64,000 nucleotides of DNA from an uncultured Candidatus Thioglobus sp. Its GTDB lineage: Bacteria; Pseudomonadota; Gammaproteobacteria; PS1; Pseudothioglobaceae. A program made the translations under genes and the position numbers. The stretch covers positions 36,430-100,429 of the forward strand of contig CAJQTG010000019.1 in assembly GCA_905618925.1 (NCBI GenBank), in the 5' to 3' direction. The notes under the pieces were generated by a model, which worked only from the letters and a program-made list of their open reading frames with translations, was not told the origin of the DNA and made no database searches. This document shows, piece after piece, positions 24,067-32,794 of this stretch; the stretch's first letter is position 1, and each line of letters begins with the position of its first letter.

Positions 24067-26124
24067 ATGAAAAACAACCCTTATAGTAGACTTTTTGAGC
24101 CTGTTAAAATTGGCCCTGTTGTTACAAAAAACCGTTTTTATCAAGTTCCTCATTGTTGTGGTATGGGGCATCAAAGACCACAAGCACACGCAGCAATGAG
24201 AGCCCTAAAAGCAAAAGGTGGGTGGGGGGTTGTTAGCACTGAAGAGTCGGAAATACATCCTAGTTCTGATTTGTCACCATATGTTGAACAAAGAATCTGG
24301 GACAAAAGGGATATTCCAGCGTTAAGTCTTATGACAGATGCTGTTCATGAACATGGCGCTCTTGCGGCCATAGAATTAGCCCACAATGGAAACCATGCTG
24401 CTAACTTATATTCAAGACTTCCTGTTATCTCGCCTGTAAGCCAATCAATAGATCTTGTTTATCCCAAACAGACTAGACGAATGAATAAAAAAGACATTGC
24501 TGAATTTAGGAGGTGGCATCGAAAGGCTGCTTTAAACGCAAAAGCTGCAGGCTTTGATATTATTTATGTTTATGCAGGCCATGGTATGACCCTTACCCAG
24601 GAGTTTTTGCTTCCAGAAATTAACGACCGCACTGATGAGTATGGCGGCAGTATTGAAAACCGCGTTCGTTTGACACGAGAGTTGCTCGAAGAAACTAAAG
24701 ATGCGGTTGGAGACACTTGTGCAGTAGCTTTTAGGTTTGCTGTTGATGAGCTTAAAGGCTCAGATGGAATGCAATTCTTTGAAGAAGGTAGGGCTGTAGT
24801 TGAAATGTTGGCAGAGATTCCTGACCTTTGGGATGTTAATGTTTCTGACTGGGCTAATGACTCACAGACTTCGCGTTTTGAGCCAAACGAAGGCTATCAA
24901 ATTCCATATGTTGAATTTGTCAAAAGCATAACAACAAAGCCAGTAGTTGGTGTTGGGCGACTTACATCCCCAGACTTAATGGTTAGTCTCATTGAGCGTG
25001 GAGTCTTAGATCTTATTGGTGCAGCGAGGCCTTCAATAGCAGACCCTTATCTTCCCAACAAAATTAAAGCTGGAAATACTGATCAAATAAAAGAATGTAT
25101 TGGCTGTAACATTTGTGTGTCAAGTGATAATTTCGCAGTACCAATACGCTGCACTCAAAACCCTACTATGGGAGAAGAGTGGAGAAGAGGCTGGGATCCA
25201 GAATCAATTAAGCCTAAAAAGACAGATCAAAAAGCGCTTGTTATTGGATCTGGGCCTTCTGGATTAGAGTGTAGTATGCAGCTGGCAAGGCGCGGCTATC
25301 ATGTCACTTTAGCTGAGGCAGATAATAAATTAGGAGGCAGGGTTCTTTTTGAGTCTGGCCTCAAAGGGCTTTCCGCTTGGAGGCGAGTTTCTGACAACAG
25401 GCTTTATGAGATACAACAAAAAAATAATATAGAAATTTATAAAGAAAGTGAATTAACCCTTTCGCATATAAATGAACTTGGAATTGATAATATATTTCTA
25501 GCTACTGGTTCAAGTTGGCGTAAAGATGGTATTGGCAGAAGTAGAAGAAAACCAATTCAAGGCTTGGAGTCACTAAAGGTACTAACTCCAGAAGAGGCAA
25601 TAAAAGAGAGTAAAAATCTAAGTGGCCCTATCGTTGTTTATGATGATGAGCAGGGATATTTAGCAGGGGTTATTGCGGACCATTTGAGCTCTGATGATCA
25701 TGAAATAATTTTTATTACCCCAGCCAGCGTTGTATCTCCATGGACAGAGTCAACCCTAGAGCAAAAAAGGATTCAGAAATCACTTCTTGTTAGTGGTGTT
25801 AATGTAATTTGCAATAAGACTATAGATAAGGTTGAAGGAAGTAATGTTAACCTTCAATGTGTATTTACTGGGGAGATAACCCTTTTAGAGTGCTCAGCAA
25901 TAGTAATGGTTACAGAGCGTATTCCAAATACTACGCTCTATGATCAGCTTGTGGAGCAAGAAAATGGCAAAACAAAACACATTCAGTTAATAGGAGATGC
26001 TGAGTCTCCTGGTTTAATAGCAGATGCAGTCTTTTTAGGACATCTTGCCGCGCAAAATTTTGAGGAGCCTGAGCAAGAAATACAAAAGGCGATGTTTATG
26101 CGTGAAATGCCAAGCCTTAAGTAA
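24067..26124 (+). CDS. Histamine/trimethylamine dehydrogenase-family Fe-S flavoprotein
   Basis: NRFYQVPHC (Cys for 6-S-cysteinyl-FMN), ELAHNG, ECIGCNIC..C 4Fe-4S motif, QNPTMGEEWRRGW, GSGPSG Rossmann motif. Confidence 0.85.
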   Translation: MKNNPYSRLFEPVKIGPVVTKNRFYQVPHCCGMGHQRPQAHAAMRALKAKGGWGVVSTEESEIHPSSDLSPYVEQRIWDKRDIPALSLMTDAVHEHGALAAIELAHNGNHAANLYSRLPVISPVSQSIDLVYPKQTRRMNKKDIAEFRRWHRKAALNAKAAGFDIIYVYAGHGMTLTQEFLLPEINDRTDEYGGSIENRVRLTRELLEETKDAVGDTCAVAFRFAVDELKGSDGMQFFEEGRAVVEMLAEIPDLWDVNVSDWANDSQTSRFEPNEGYQIPYVEFVKSITTKPVVGVGRLTSPDLMVSLIERGVLDLIGAARPSIADPYLPNKIKAGNTDQIKECIGCNICVSSDNFAVPIRCTQNPTMGEEWRRGWDPESIKPKKTDQKALVIGSGPSGLECSMQLARRGYHVTLAEADNKLGGRVLFESGLKGLSAWRRVSDNRLYEIQQKNNIEIYKESELTLSHINELGIDNIFLATGSSWRKDGIGRSRRKPIQGLESLKVLTPEEAIKESKNLSGPIVVYDDEQGYLAGVIADHLSSDDHEIIFITPASVVSPWTESTLEQKRIQKSLLVSGVNVICNKTIDKVEGSNVNLQCVFTGEITLLECSAIVMVTERIPNTTLYDQLVEQENGKTKHIQLIGDAESPGLIADAVFLGHLAAQNFEEPEQEIQKAMFMREMPSLK

Positions 26125-26218
26125 AGACAACACTGGAGTGGGCTAAGGCCTATTTTGCAATTGATTTTGTGGGTGTTTTAGAGTAACATTGCCCTCTTTT
26201 TGTATGGGCTAAAAAAGT

Positions 26219-26965
26219 ATGCGCAAAACGATTATTGCTGGAAACTGGAAAATGAACGCTAGTAAGGGCTCAGTTAAAAGCCTAATTGGCGGAATATTGT
26301 CTGGAATGGAAGGCGTTAATTCAGAGGTTTTGGTTTGTGTTCCTTTTCCATATTTATCTCAAGTTGAGTCTCTGATAGAAGGCAGCAATTTAAAGCTTGG
26401 CGCTCAGAACATTAATATACAAGCATCAGGTGCATTTACTGGTGAAGTGAGTGCGGATATGATAAAGGACTTTGGTGCAAAGCACGTTATTGTTGGGCAC
26501 TCTGAAAGACGAAGTTTATACGGTGAAACAAGTTCAATCGTTGCCGAAAAAACTAAAGCCGCATTAGACTCTGGGCTGACTCCTCTTTTATGCGTTGGAG
26601 AGTCTCTGGAGCATAGAGAGTCTGGTAAAACTGAGGCAGTAGTTGAGGAGCAAATTAATGCTGTTATAGGTTTGCTTGGTATTGATTCTTTTCATAATAT
26701 TATTGTTGCTTATGAGCCAGTATGGGCAATAGGAACTGGCATGACAGCAACACCTGAGCAAGCACAAGCGGTTCATCTATTTATACGAAACCTTTTAGGT
26801 GAGAGTAGTGAAAATATTGCTCAAAAAACACCTATACTATACGGTGGAAGTATGAATGCAGGCAATGCTGTGGAGCTAATTTCTTGTCCAGATATTGATG
26901 GTGGGCTAATTGGTGGAGCTGCGCTTAAAGCAGAAGATTTTTTACAAATATGTAAGGCAGGTTAA
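26219..26965 (+). CDS. tpiA: Triosephosphate isomerase
   Basis: AGNWKMN, GHSERR, AYEPVWAIGTG, YGGS. Confidence 0.99.
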   Translation: MRKTIIAGNWKMNASKGSVKSLIGGILSGMEGVNSEVLVCVPFPYLSQVESLIEGSNLKLGAQNINIQASGAFTGEVSADMIKDFGAKHVIVGHSERRSLYGETSSIVAEKTKAALDSGLTPLLCVGESLEHRESGKTEAVVEEQINAVIGLLGIDSFHNIIVAYEPVWAIGTGMTATPEQAQAVHLFIRNLLGESSENIAQKTPILYGGSMNAGNAVELISCPDIDGGLIGGAALKAEDFLQICKAG

Positions 26966-26966
26966 T

Positions 26967-27296
26967 ATGACATTTCAAATAATTTTAGTAATTCATGTGT
27001 TATTGGCTCTTGGGCTAGTTGGGCTAATATTAATACAGCATGGAAAGGGAGCAGATGCGGGCGCTGCATTTGGTTCTGGAGCAGCAGGATCAGTTTTTGG
27101 AGCTAGAGGCGCGCATTCATTTTTATATAAATTAACTGCAGTCTTGGCTATTAGTTTTTTTGTAACCAGTATCAGTCTGGCGTACTTTGCTTCAAATGAA
27201 AGATCAGCAACAGAAACAGACCAAAGCATTATGTCCCAGACAACTATGAGTGATGATGGGTTTGATTCAGACGAAAGCGAAGTTCCAAGCAATTAA
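26967..27296 (+). CDS. secG: Preprotein translocase SecG
   Basis: LIQHGKGADAGAAFGSG; start moved to ATG 26967 just after the tpiA stop. Confidence 0.95.
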   Translation: MTFQIILVIHVLLALGLVGLILIQHGKGADAGAAFGSGAAGSVFGARGAHSFLYKLTAVLAISFFVTSISLAYFASNERSATETDQSIMSQTTMSDDGFDSDESEVPSN

Positions 27297-27301
27297 TTAA
27301 A

Positions 27302-27386
27302 GCCGTCGTGGTGAAATTGGTAGACACGCAGCCTTGAGGGGGCTGTAGCGCAAGCTGTGACGGTTCGACTCCGTCCGACGGCACCA
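27302..27386 (+). tRNA. tRNA-Leu (GAG)
   Basis: GCCGTCG acceptor stem pairs with CGACGGC-ACCA; anticodon arm CAGCC-TTGAGGG-GGCTG; long variable arm; GGTTCGACTCC T-arm; classic secG-tRNA-Leu position. Confidence 0.97.
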
Positions 27387-27472
27387 AATTTAGTTGTTTT
27401 CATTCGAGTTTTATTCACACAGTTTCTCTAGGTTGTTATGTACAATCAGCACTCTTTCTTAATTTCGACTTA

Positions 27473-28381
27473 ATGAAGCTTACGAATATAAAAGTACTTA
27501 AAGGAATAGGCTTAATGCTTTTAGGAATGTCAATTGTTCCTTTTTTAGACATCTTTGCTAAACTCTTAAGTGAAGACTATCCAGTAACACAAGTCACGTG
27601 GACGCGGTTTTTTTTCCACGCTATTTGGTTATTGCCAATGATAATCTGGCAAAAAGTTAAGTTGTTTTCAGTTCCTGAAAAACCTAGCCTTCAGTTTTTA
27701 AGGGGCCTGATGCTTACTCTAGCCACACTTTTCTTTTTTGCAGCCATTGTAACTAACGACATCCCTGAAGCACTTACGCTTTTATTTATCTCGCCCCTTG
27801 TTGTTGCAATCCTTTCGCCTTTTATTTTAGGAGAGCGTTTTGATATATTTATTGGGGTTGGTGTTTTAATAGGATTTATAGGTGTTATTGTGGTTCTCCA
27901 GCCTGATAGTGAGCAGTTTGATCCGACTTTGTTATTTGCCTTAGTCGCAGGATTTTGCTATGCCCTTTATATTATCATAACTAAAAAACTATCTTTTCGT
28001 GCGCCACCAGTTTTGACCTTGTTTTATTCTGCAATCGTGGGCCTACTGATAATGACCCCACTAGCAGCAATTCATTGGGTAATGCCTGATTTAAAAGCGG
28101 TATTAATGGGTGCTGCAATGGGTTTTTTTGCTGCAACTTCGCACTTTATGATTATTAAAGCTTTTGAATTTGCGAGCGCCTCAGAGCTAAGCCCCTTTAA
28201 TTATTTTGAGATCGTAGTTGCTATTATTTTGAGCTATTTCATTTTTGGTTTTGTGCCAAATATTCAAGCGATTCTTGGATTAATTATCATTATTCTTAGT
28301 GGCCTTTATGTCTCTTGGCGAGCAATGAAAAATAATCAAGACCAAGAAAGCAAACCAAAAGCTATCATAGAGCCGCTATAA
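27473..28381 (+). CDS. DMT/EamA-family transporter
   Basis: ~10 hydrophobic helices; FISPLVVAILSPFILGE, ASELSPFNY. Confidence 0.88.
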   Translation: MKLTNIKVLKGIGLMLLGMSIVPFLDIFAKLLSEDYPVTQVTWTRFFFHAIWLLPMIIWQKVKLFSVPEKPSLQFLRGLMLTLATLFFFAAIVTNDIPEALTLLFISPLVVAILSPFILGERFDIFIGVGVLIGFIGVIVVLQPDSEQFDPTLLFALVAGFCYALYIIITKKLSFRAPPVLTLFYSAIVGLLIMTPLAAIHWVMPDLKAVLMGAAMGFFAATSHFMIIKAFEFASASELSPFNYFEIVVAIILSYFIFGFVPNIQAILGLIIIILSGLYVSWRAMKNNQDQESKPKAIIEPL

Positions 28382-28382
28382 A

Positions 28383-28439
28383 CAAGCTGATCTAACTCTT
28401 AAGCCTCCCCCACTAGGCATCAAAGTCTGTATAAATATA
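28383..28439 (+). repeat. Dispersed boundary repeat, copy A
   Basis: CAAGCTGATCTAACTCTTAAGCCTCCCCCACTAGGCATCAAAG; its reverse complement aligns by eye with 46564-46623. Confidence 0.65.
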
Positions 28440-28526
28440 CGAGTGATGGTGGATATTTATCTTTATTAATCAATGAGTTATATAGATAAAGATTAGTAAC
28501 TATCTATTATTTATGCTTTCATTTTG

Positions 28527-29270
28527 CTAGGCGGGATTGGGGATGCAGAGGTAATCTGCAGCCGGAATTTGGGTAAGACCGAGCAGACACAACGTCTGTT
28601 TTTGCTCATCGGGCAGCGTTTTCATCGCAGCTGTCAACGCGTCTCGGATCACTGCCGGATCATTGGCCAGCGACGTGATAAACGGCAGCGCCGGCGTTGT
28701 GGGATTCGTGCGTTCCAACACCCGCAGATCAGACGCGAAACCATCATACCGCTTGATCAGTTCCCACGTTACAGCGTCAAGTGACGCGATATCCACCGTG
28801 TTATTCGCTACCATTTCAGCTGATTTAGTATGGCCTCCCGATTGAATATGGTCACCGAAAGTGACGCCCAATGGGGCCGCATGATTGAGCGGGGCAGCAA
28901 ACCCAGATTGAGAGTTTTCTTCGTTGAAAGCAAACCGCGCGCTGTCAAATTCCGCAAGCGATTTCCGCGGATCTTCTTTTCGTACGACAAATACACTAAA
29001 ATAATGCCCTGCCGGACAGCCTTGTAGATCGAAATGTGGTGTCCCGATCAGTTGCACTTTGCCATGCAGGAACTTGCGATAGGGCATCCCACAGGTCTGG
29101 CTCAAGACCAGCGTGGGGTCTGTCCATACGCTCATCGGATCAGTATCCTGCGTCAACACCACCGGTGCATCTACGCCCGCTGCAACCATGTTTTCAAGTG
29201 TCAGCGCCCACAGATTATCGATGGCAGTCGCGGTTTCGGGGCGGGCATACATTGATAGGCTGGCGATCAT
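28527..29270 (-). CDS. PhnD/SsuA-like (phosphonate-binding family) protein without evident signal peptide
   Basis: MIASLSMY, LSQTCGMPY, YFSVFVVR, AFNEENSQSG, SGGH..S, DIASLDAVTW, TPALPFIT. Confidence 0.75.
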   Translation of the reverse strand: MIASLSMYARPETATAIDNLWALTLENMVAAGVDAPVVLTQDTDPMSVWTDPTLVLSQTCGMPYRKFLHGKVQLIGTPHFDLQGCPAGHYFSVFVVRKEDPRKSLAEFDSARFAFNEENSQSGFAAPLNHAAPLGVTFGDHIQSGGHTKSAEMVANNTVDIASLDAVTWELIKRYDGFASDLRVLERTNPTTPALPFITSLANDPAVIRDALTAAMKTLPDEQKQTLCLLGLTQIPAADYLCIPNPA

Positions 29271-29288
29271 TAGGCAGCTCCATTTTTA

Positions 29289-30998
29289 TTAAACATTGTG
29301 ATCTGTCGTCATCTTTCGGCAACAGCACGATGAGGTTACGGCTGTATCGGTGAGTGCGCGCGCCACGTCCAATCTAGGTTGCAATTGTGCCAACTCGACG
29401 TTAGCACCACGCTGCTTCAAACACTCTGCCAGCCCGTGTAGGGACCAGATATTTGCCCAGTGCTGTGCGCACCGTGGCACCGTGTCGTTTAGTCCCAAAT
29501 CCGAACGGTAAACCTCTTCGGCCTCAACATAGTGGCCTTGCTCCAAAAGCAACGCACCCAAAGCGTGACGTGGCGGATGCATCCACGGCCACGGCTCTGA
29601 ATAATGCAGATTATCGCAGCGACGCACGCTTTCGCGCAGGTGGGCGAAGGCTAGCGAGTAGTTGCCTTTGTGATATTCTAATTCGCCAAGCATCATCATT
29701 TCACCAACGGCCAAGGTCGTCAGCGCAGGGTTGTTGAAAAATTTGCGCCCCGGCTTGATATACTCAAGCGCCAGATAGAATGCCGTCTTTTGATGGTCCG
29801 CATCGCTGGCATTCCCGAGCGCTGCATGCGCGATTGCCTTGGCATAGTGATGCATCGCTGTGGACACACAATATAGCAGACTGTTTTCCAGCATCGGGCT
29901 GTCGATAATCTCTTGCCAGCGGCCAAAGCGCACTAGGACGTGCATCTTCATGGAAAAATACCCCTCCATCGTAGCGCCGATGAAAGGTTTAGATTTCAGG
30001 TCAACCACATCTGGAGTGAGATTTTCACAAATTTCATCGGCCGCTGCCATGGCGGGGGCAAATTGCCCCGACAACATGGCAGCATACATCATCAAATGCA
30101 GGTCATGGCACCGAGCAGTAGTGTAGTAATTATACGGCCCCGCATAGGCGAGGTATTTGCGGTTCACCTCGATCGCTGCTCGGCTAGTGATGCACGTCTT
30201 CTCGTATTCGCCGCACAGCAGATAAATATGACCAGGCATGTGGTGGATATGGCCCGCATCAGGACACAGCCCGGCAAGACGGTTTGCAGAGGCCATCGCC
30301 CGTTCCGGCATTGTCGACATTTCCAACAGGTGAATGTGCAGGTGCAAAATCGCGGGATGTTGTGGCACAAACCGTCTGTCCGCCTGGGCAATGGCGGTTT
30401 CACAGACCTCTAACGCCTCAAGCGTATCTGCGCCGCGCGGGGGCAACTTGGTGTTCACATCCCACATCCGCCACGGCGTGCGGGTCATCATCGCCTCGAT
30501 GAACAAGGCGGCAACATCTAGCTTTTCGGGATATTCCCGATAAACGTCGCGCATAGTGTCAGCGTAGGCATCATCCCAGCTGTCGAACGTGGCCATGGAC
30601 ACAGCATTAGGTGCTTGCACGCGACGCGACAGTGCCTTGATCAACGCGATCTCCAGCTGTGAGGCTTGGCCAGAAAGGCGCAATGCACTCTTGATCATGC
30701 CATGGCAAAACGCAGTGCACTCCGTCGCTTCCTCCTCACAAAAATCGCCCCACGGCATATTATAGAACGGCCCCGCCGCATATGCGGCACCCCAATAAAG
30801 CATCGCGCAATTTGGATCGCATTCAATCGCCCGTTTGAAGCAGGCAAGTCCTTCTTCTTGATTAAACCCAAAGCACCAGTTAAACCCCAAATCAAAAAGC
30901 TGCTGTGCTTCGGGTGATGAAGTCGTGACTGGAAACGAGCTTGCCCCCAAATCAAAATCGAGCATCTGGATTGGCTTAGTGGATGTATCTGTCTGCAT
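29289..30998 (-). CDS. Uncharacterised TPR-like helical protein with His-rich motifs
   Basis: FGFNQEE, HPAILHLHIHLLEMS, PDAGHIHHMPGHIY, YSEPWPWMHPPRHALGALL, C-terminal SSCCCR; start moved to ATG 30998. Confidence 0.7.
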   Translation of the reverse strand: MQTDTSTKPIQMLDFDLGASSFPVTTSSPEAQQLFDLGFNWCFGFNQEEGLACFKRAIECDPNCAMLYWGAAYAAGPFYNMPWGDFCEEEATECTAFCHGMIKSALRLSGQASQLEIALIKALSRRVQAPNAVSMATFDSWDDAYADTMRDVYREYPEKLDVAALFIEAMMTRTPWRMWDVNTKLPPRGADTLEALEVCETAIAQADRRFVPQHPAILHLHIHLLEMSTMPERAMASANRLAGLCPDAGHIHHMPGHIYLLCGEYEKTCITSRAAIEVNRKYLAYAGPYNYYTTARCHDLHLMMYAAMLSGQFAPAMAAADEICENLTPDVVDLKSKPFIGATMEGYFSMKMHVLVRFGRWQEIIDSPMLENSLLYCVSTAMHHYAKAIAHAALGNASDADHQKTAFYLALEYIKPGRKFFNNPALTTLAVGEMMMLGELEYHKGNYSLAFAHLRESVRRCDNLHYSEPWPWMHPPRHALGALLLEQGHYVEAEEVYRSDLGLNDTVPRCAQHWANIWSLHGLAECLKQRGANVELAQLQPRLDVARALTDTAVTSSCCCRKMTTDHNV

Positions 30999-31056
30999 AT
31001 TCAAACCTTATGAGTTGACCATATTAGTGTGATCCAATGCGGTATCAACGGTGTTC

Positions 31057-32541
31057 TTAATAAAATTGATGCCTTGATAATTTTTTCACAGCTTCAATTA
31101 CAGGGGCCAATGAAAATGGGGCATCACCTTCGGTGTTGATCGGCAAAAAGGGGCGGATCACATCGTAGATATCCCGCACACCAGCGCCCAAATCTTCAAC
31201 CGGAATACGGCGGCGGTGAATGGCCCACACAGCAATAATCAACTCGATCGTGGCTATCTTCCAACCCGCATCAAGCTGGCGTTGCAAATCCTGGACCGCG
31301 TGCATCGCATGGCTGGACGTGTCTTCTACGCCATCTGCAAGCTGCCCTACCGAGATGAGCAAATGAGGACGCGCCCAAATCTTGGCCGAGGTTATCAAAG
31401 ATGCTGCGATATGACCGAGGTTCAGGAATTGCACGCCACCTGTTGCTTGCCCCTCGCCTTCTGCCAACCCAGTCGGTAGCCCGGAGAACGTGGGCCATTG
31501 AAGTTTTTGAATACGTTCGCCTGACAAATCAGTGATCTTGGCAAAGGCTTGACGAACCGTGTCGAGACCAAGCGTCAGTCTTGTTGTGTCCATATTTGCA
31601 TGTGAATTTGGCGCGCCTGTTTCGATATCAATGATTGGATTGTCATTTACTGTATTGAGTTCCTCGTTCCAAATTTCCTCAAAACGCTCGACAATCTCAG
31701 TGACTGCGCCGTGGGCTTGGGGCATAGCGCGAAAGCTCAAAGGGTCCTGAAGAAACCGCGCCTCTCCGTTTTCAAACAGTTTCGATCCCTCAAGGTGGGC
31801 TCTGATCTTGGCCGCGCATTCGCGTTGACCCTTGCGGTGGTGCACACGGTTTACGGCTTCGGACAATGAACCGACGTTGCCACGAAACCCCTCCAATGTC
31901 ACAGCCGCCGTTAGATCATAAAGCGCTGTCAGTTGTTTCAAATCAACAATTGCGAACGCGCCCAGCGACAAGGTCACCGCGTTATGGTTGATCAGCGATA
32001 GCGTTTCTTTTGCACGAGGCAAGCCGCGCTCTTTCGCAGCATCCAGCGACAACAGCCAGACGGCAAGCTGTGCCAGAGGGACTAGATCAGAAGCTCCTAC
32101 CGATCCACTCGCGTCGATTTCAGGCATCTGTTCAGTGTTGGCCGCTTCAATCATCGTCTCAATCAGCGCGCGACTTACGCCGGAGTGCCCTTGGGAGAAT
32201 TCATTGATCATGATTGCCAGCATAGCTCGCAGGATTTTATCGGGCAGCAGCGGCCCGGGCACACGGGTCGCATGGGCTCGCACCAGACGCATATTGTACG
32301 CAGCAACATCGCGTTGAGGTACCATATAATCTTTTTGCGACCCAACACCGGTGGTGATCCCATATGCAGGTGTGCCTTGCGCGACGATATCTTCGACAAA
32401 GGCACGGGATTTCTGGATTTGAGCCCAGCACAAATCATCGACCTCAAAAGCGTATTCTGCATCAATGGCCTGAACCAGCGTTTCGCAAGACAGGCTCTGC
32501 CCATCAAGAACCAAGCCACTGCGGTGGGAGGGGTGTGTCAT
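31057..32541 (-). CDS. Aromatic amino-acid lyase superfamily member lacking the MIO tripeptide (ergothionase/TMA-lyase-like)
   Basis: YGITTGVGSQKD, GSVGASDLVPL (no ASG-D), QDPLSFR, NDNP, GVED; start is 32541 or 32562. Confidence 0.8.
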   Translation of the reverse strand: MTHPSHRSGLVLDGQSLSCETLVQAIDAEYAFEVDDLCWAQIQKSRAFVEDIVAQGTPAYGITTGVGSQKDYMVPQRDVAAYNMRLVRAHATRVPGPLLPDKILRAMLAIMINEFSQGHSGVSRALIETMIEAANTEQMPEIDASGSVGASDLVPLAQLAVWLLSLDAAKERGLPRAKETLSLINHNAVTLSLGAFAIVDLKQLTALYDLTAAVTLEGFRGNVGSLSEAVNRVHHRKGQRECAAKIRAHLEGSKLFENGEARFLQDPLSFRAMPQAHGAVTEIVERFEEIWNEELNTVNDNPIIDIETGAPNSHANMDTTRLTLGLDTVRQAFAKITDLSGERIQKLQWPTFSGLPTGLAEGEGQATGGVQFLNLGHIAASLITSAKIWARPHLLISVGQLADGVEDTSSHAMHAVQDLQRQLDAGWKIATIELIIAVWAIHRRRIPVEDLGAGVRDIYDVIRPFLPINTEGDAPFSLAPVIEAVKKLSRHQFY

Positions 32542-32593
32542 TCGTTTGCTTTCATTCTCCATATAACAGAATTGGTTATTTTTTTTTAACAAA

Positions 32594-32622
32594 ATTATAT
32601 ATCAACTTGAACTAAAGTCCAA
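32594..32622 (-). promoter_or_regulatory. Sigma70-type promoter for the island operon, inside repeat copy C
   Basis: Minus strand TTGGAC-N17-TATAAT. Confidence 0.65.
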
Positions 32623-32677
32623 ACTTCGTTTCATCTGTGTGGGAGGGAGGTGTTATATGTATGAAGTCGATATCAAT
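32594..32677 (-). repeat. Dispersed boundary repeat, copy C
   Basis: Plus strand AACTAAAGTCCAAACTTCGTTTCATCTGTGTGGGAGGGAGGTGTTATATGT...CGATATCAAT; aligns with 43294-43363 and with 59257-59277 (19/21). Confidence 0.75.
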
Positions 32678-32794
32678 GAGCCTCTATCTTTAGAATTCCA
32701 ACTTTACCCTTTAATGTCTAACATATAATATGCAGGCTTTAAGTTTCGTATGAAGCCCCTATATACTCAATATTGCAACTAACCTTAAAATAAA

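Larger units (their letters stand above)
28527..32560. mobile_element. High-GC horizontally acquired island (3 genes, no mobility gene)
   Basis: Abrupt GC rise (about 50-55% by eye) with many shadow ORFs; sharp return to AT-rich DNA at both ends; 1.1 kb downstream of tRNA-Leu. Confidence 0.85.

Noticed and set aside
27360-27386. tRNA-Leu 3' end as attB with a downstream attR duplicate
   Set aside because: No second copy of the tRNA 3' end and no integrase found by eye; the island starts 1.1 kb away, after a host-GC gene.
32104-32112. Ala-Ser-Gly tripeptide (DASG) in the lyase as an MIO source
   Set aside because: It aligns with the PxxG position before SVG, not the MIO loop immediately preceding DL.
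28524-32615. Many short overlapping ORFs on both strands in the island
   Set aside because: Shadow ORFs caused by stop-codon scarcity in high-GC DNA; they overlap three well-supported minus-strand genes.
28469-32680. 9-bp direct repeat ATCAATGAG at 28469-28477 and 32672-32680 as a target-site duplication
   Set aside because: Short and AT-rich, not at the GC transitions, and the right copy overlaps the conserved part of repeat C; chance cannot be excluded.
32711-32735. dif/XerD-like sequence (GCATATTATATGTTAGA on minus strand)
   Set aside because: Lacks the 11-6-11 architecture and lies near the origin rather than the terminus.
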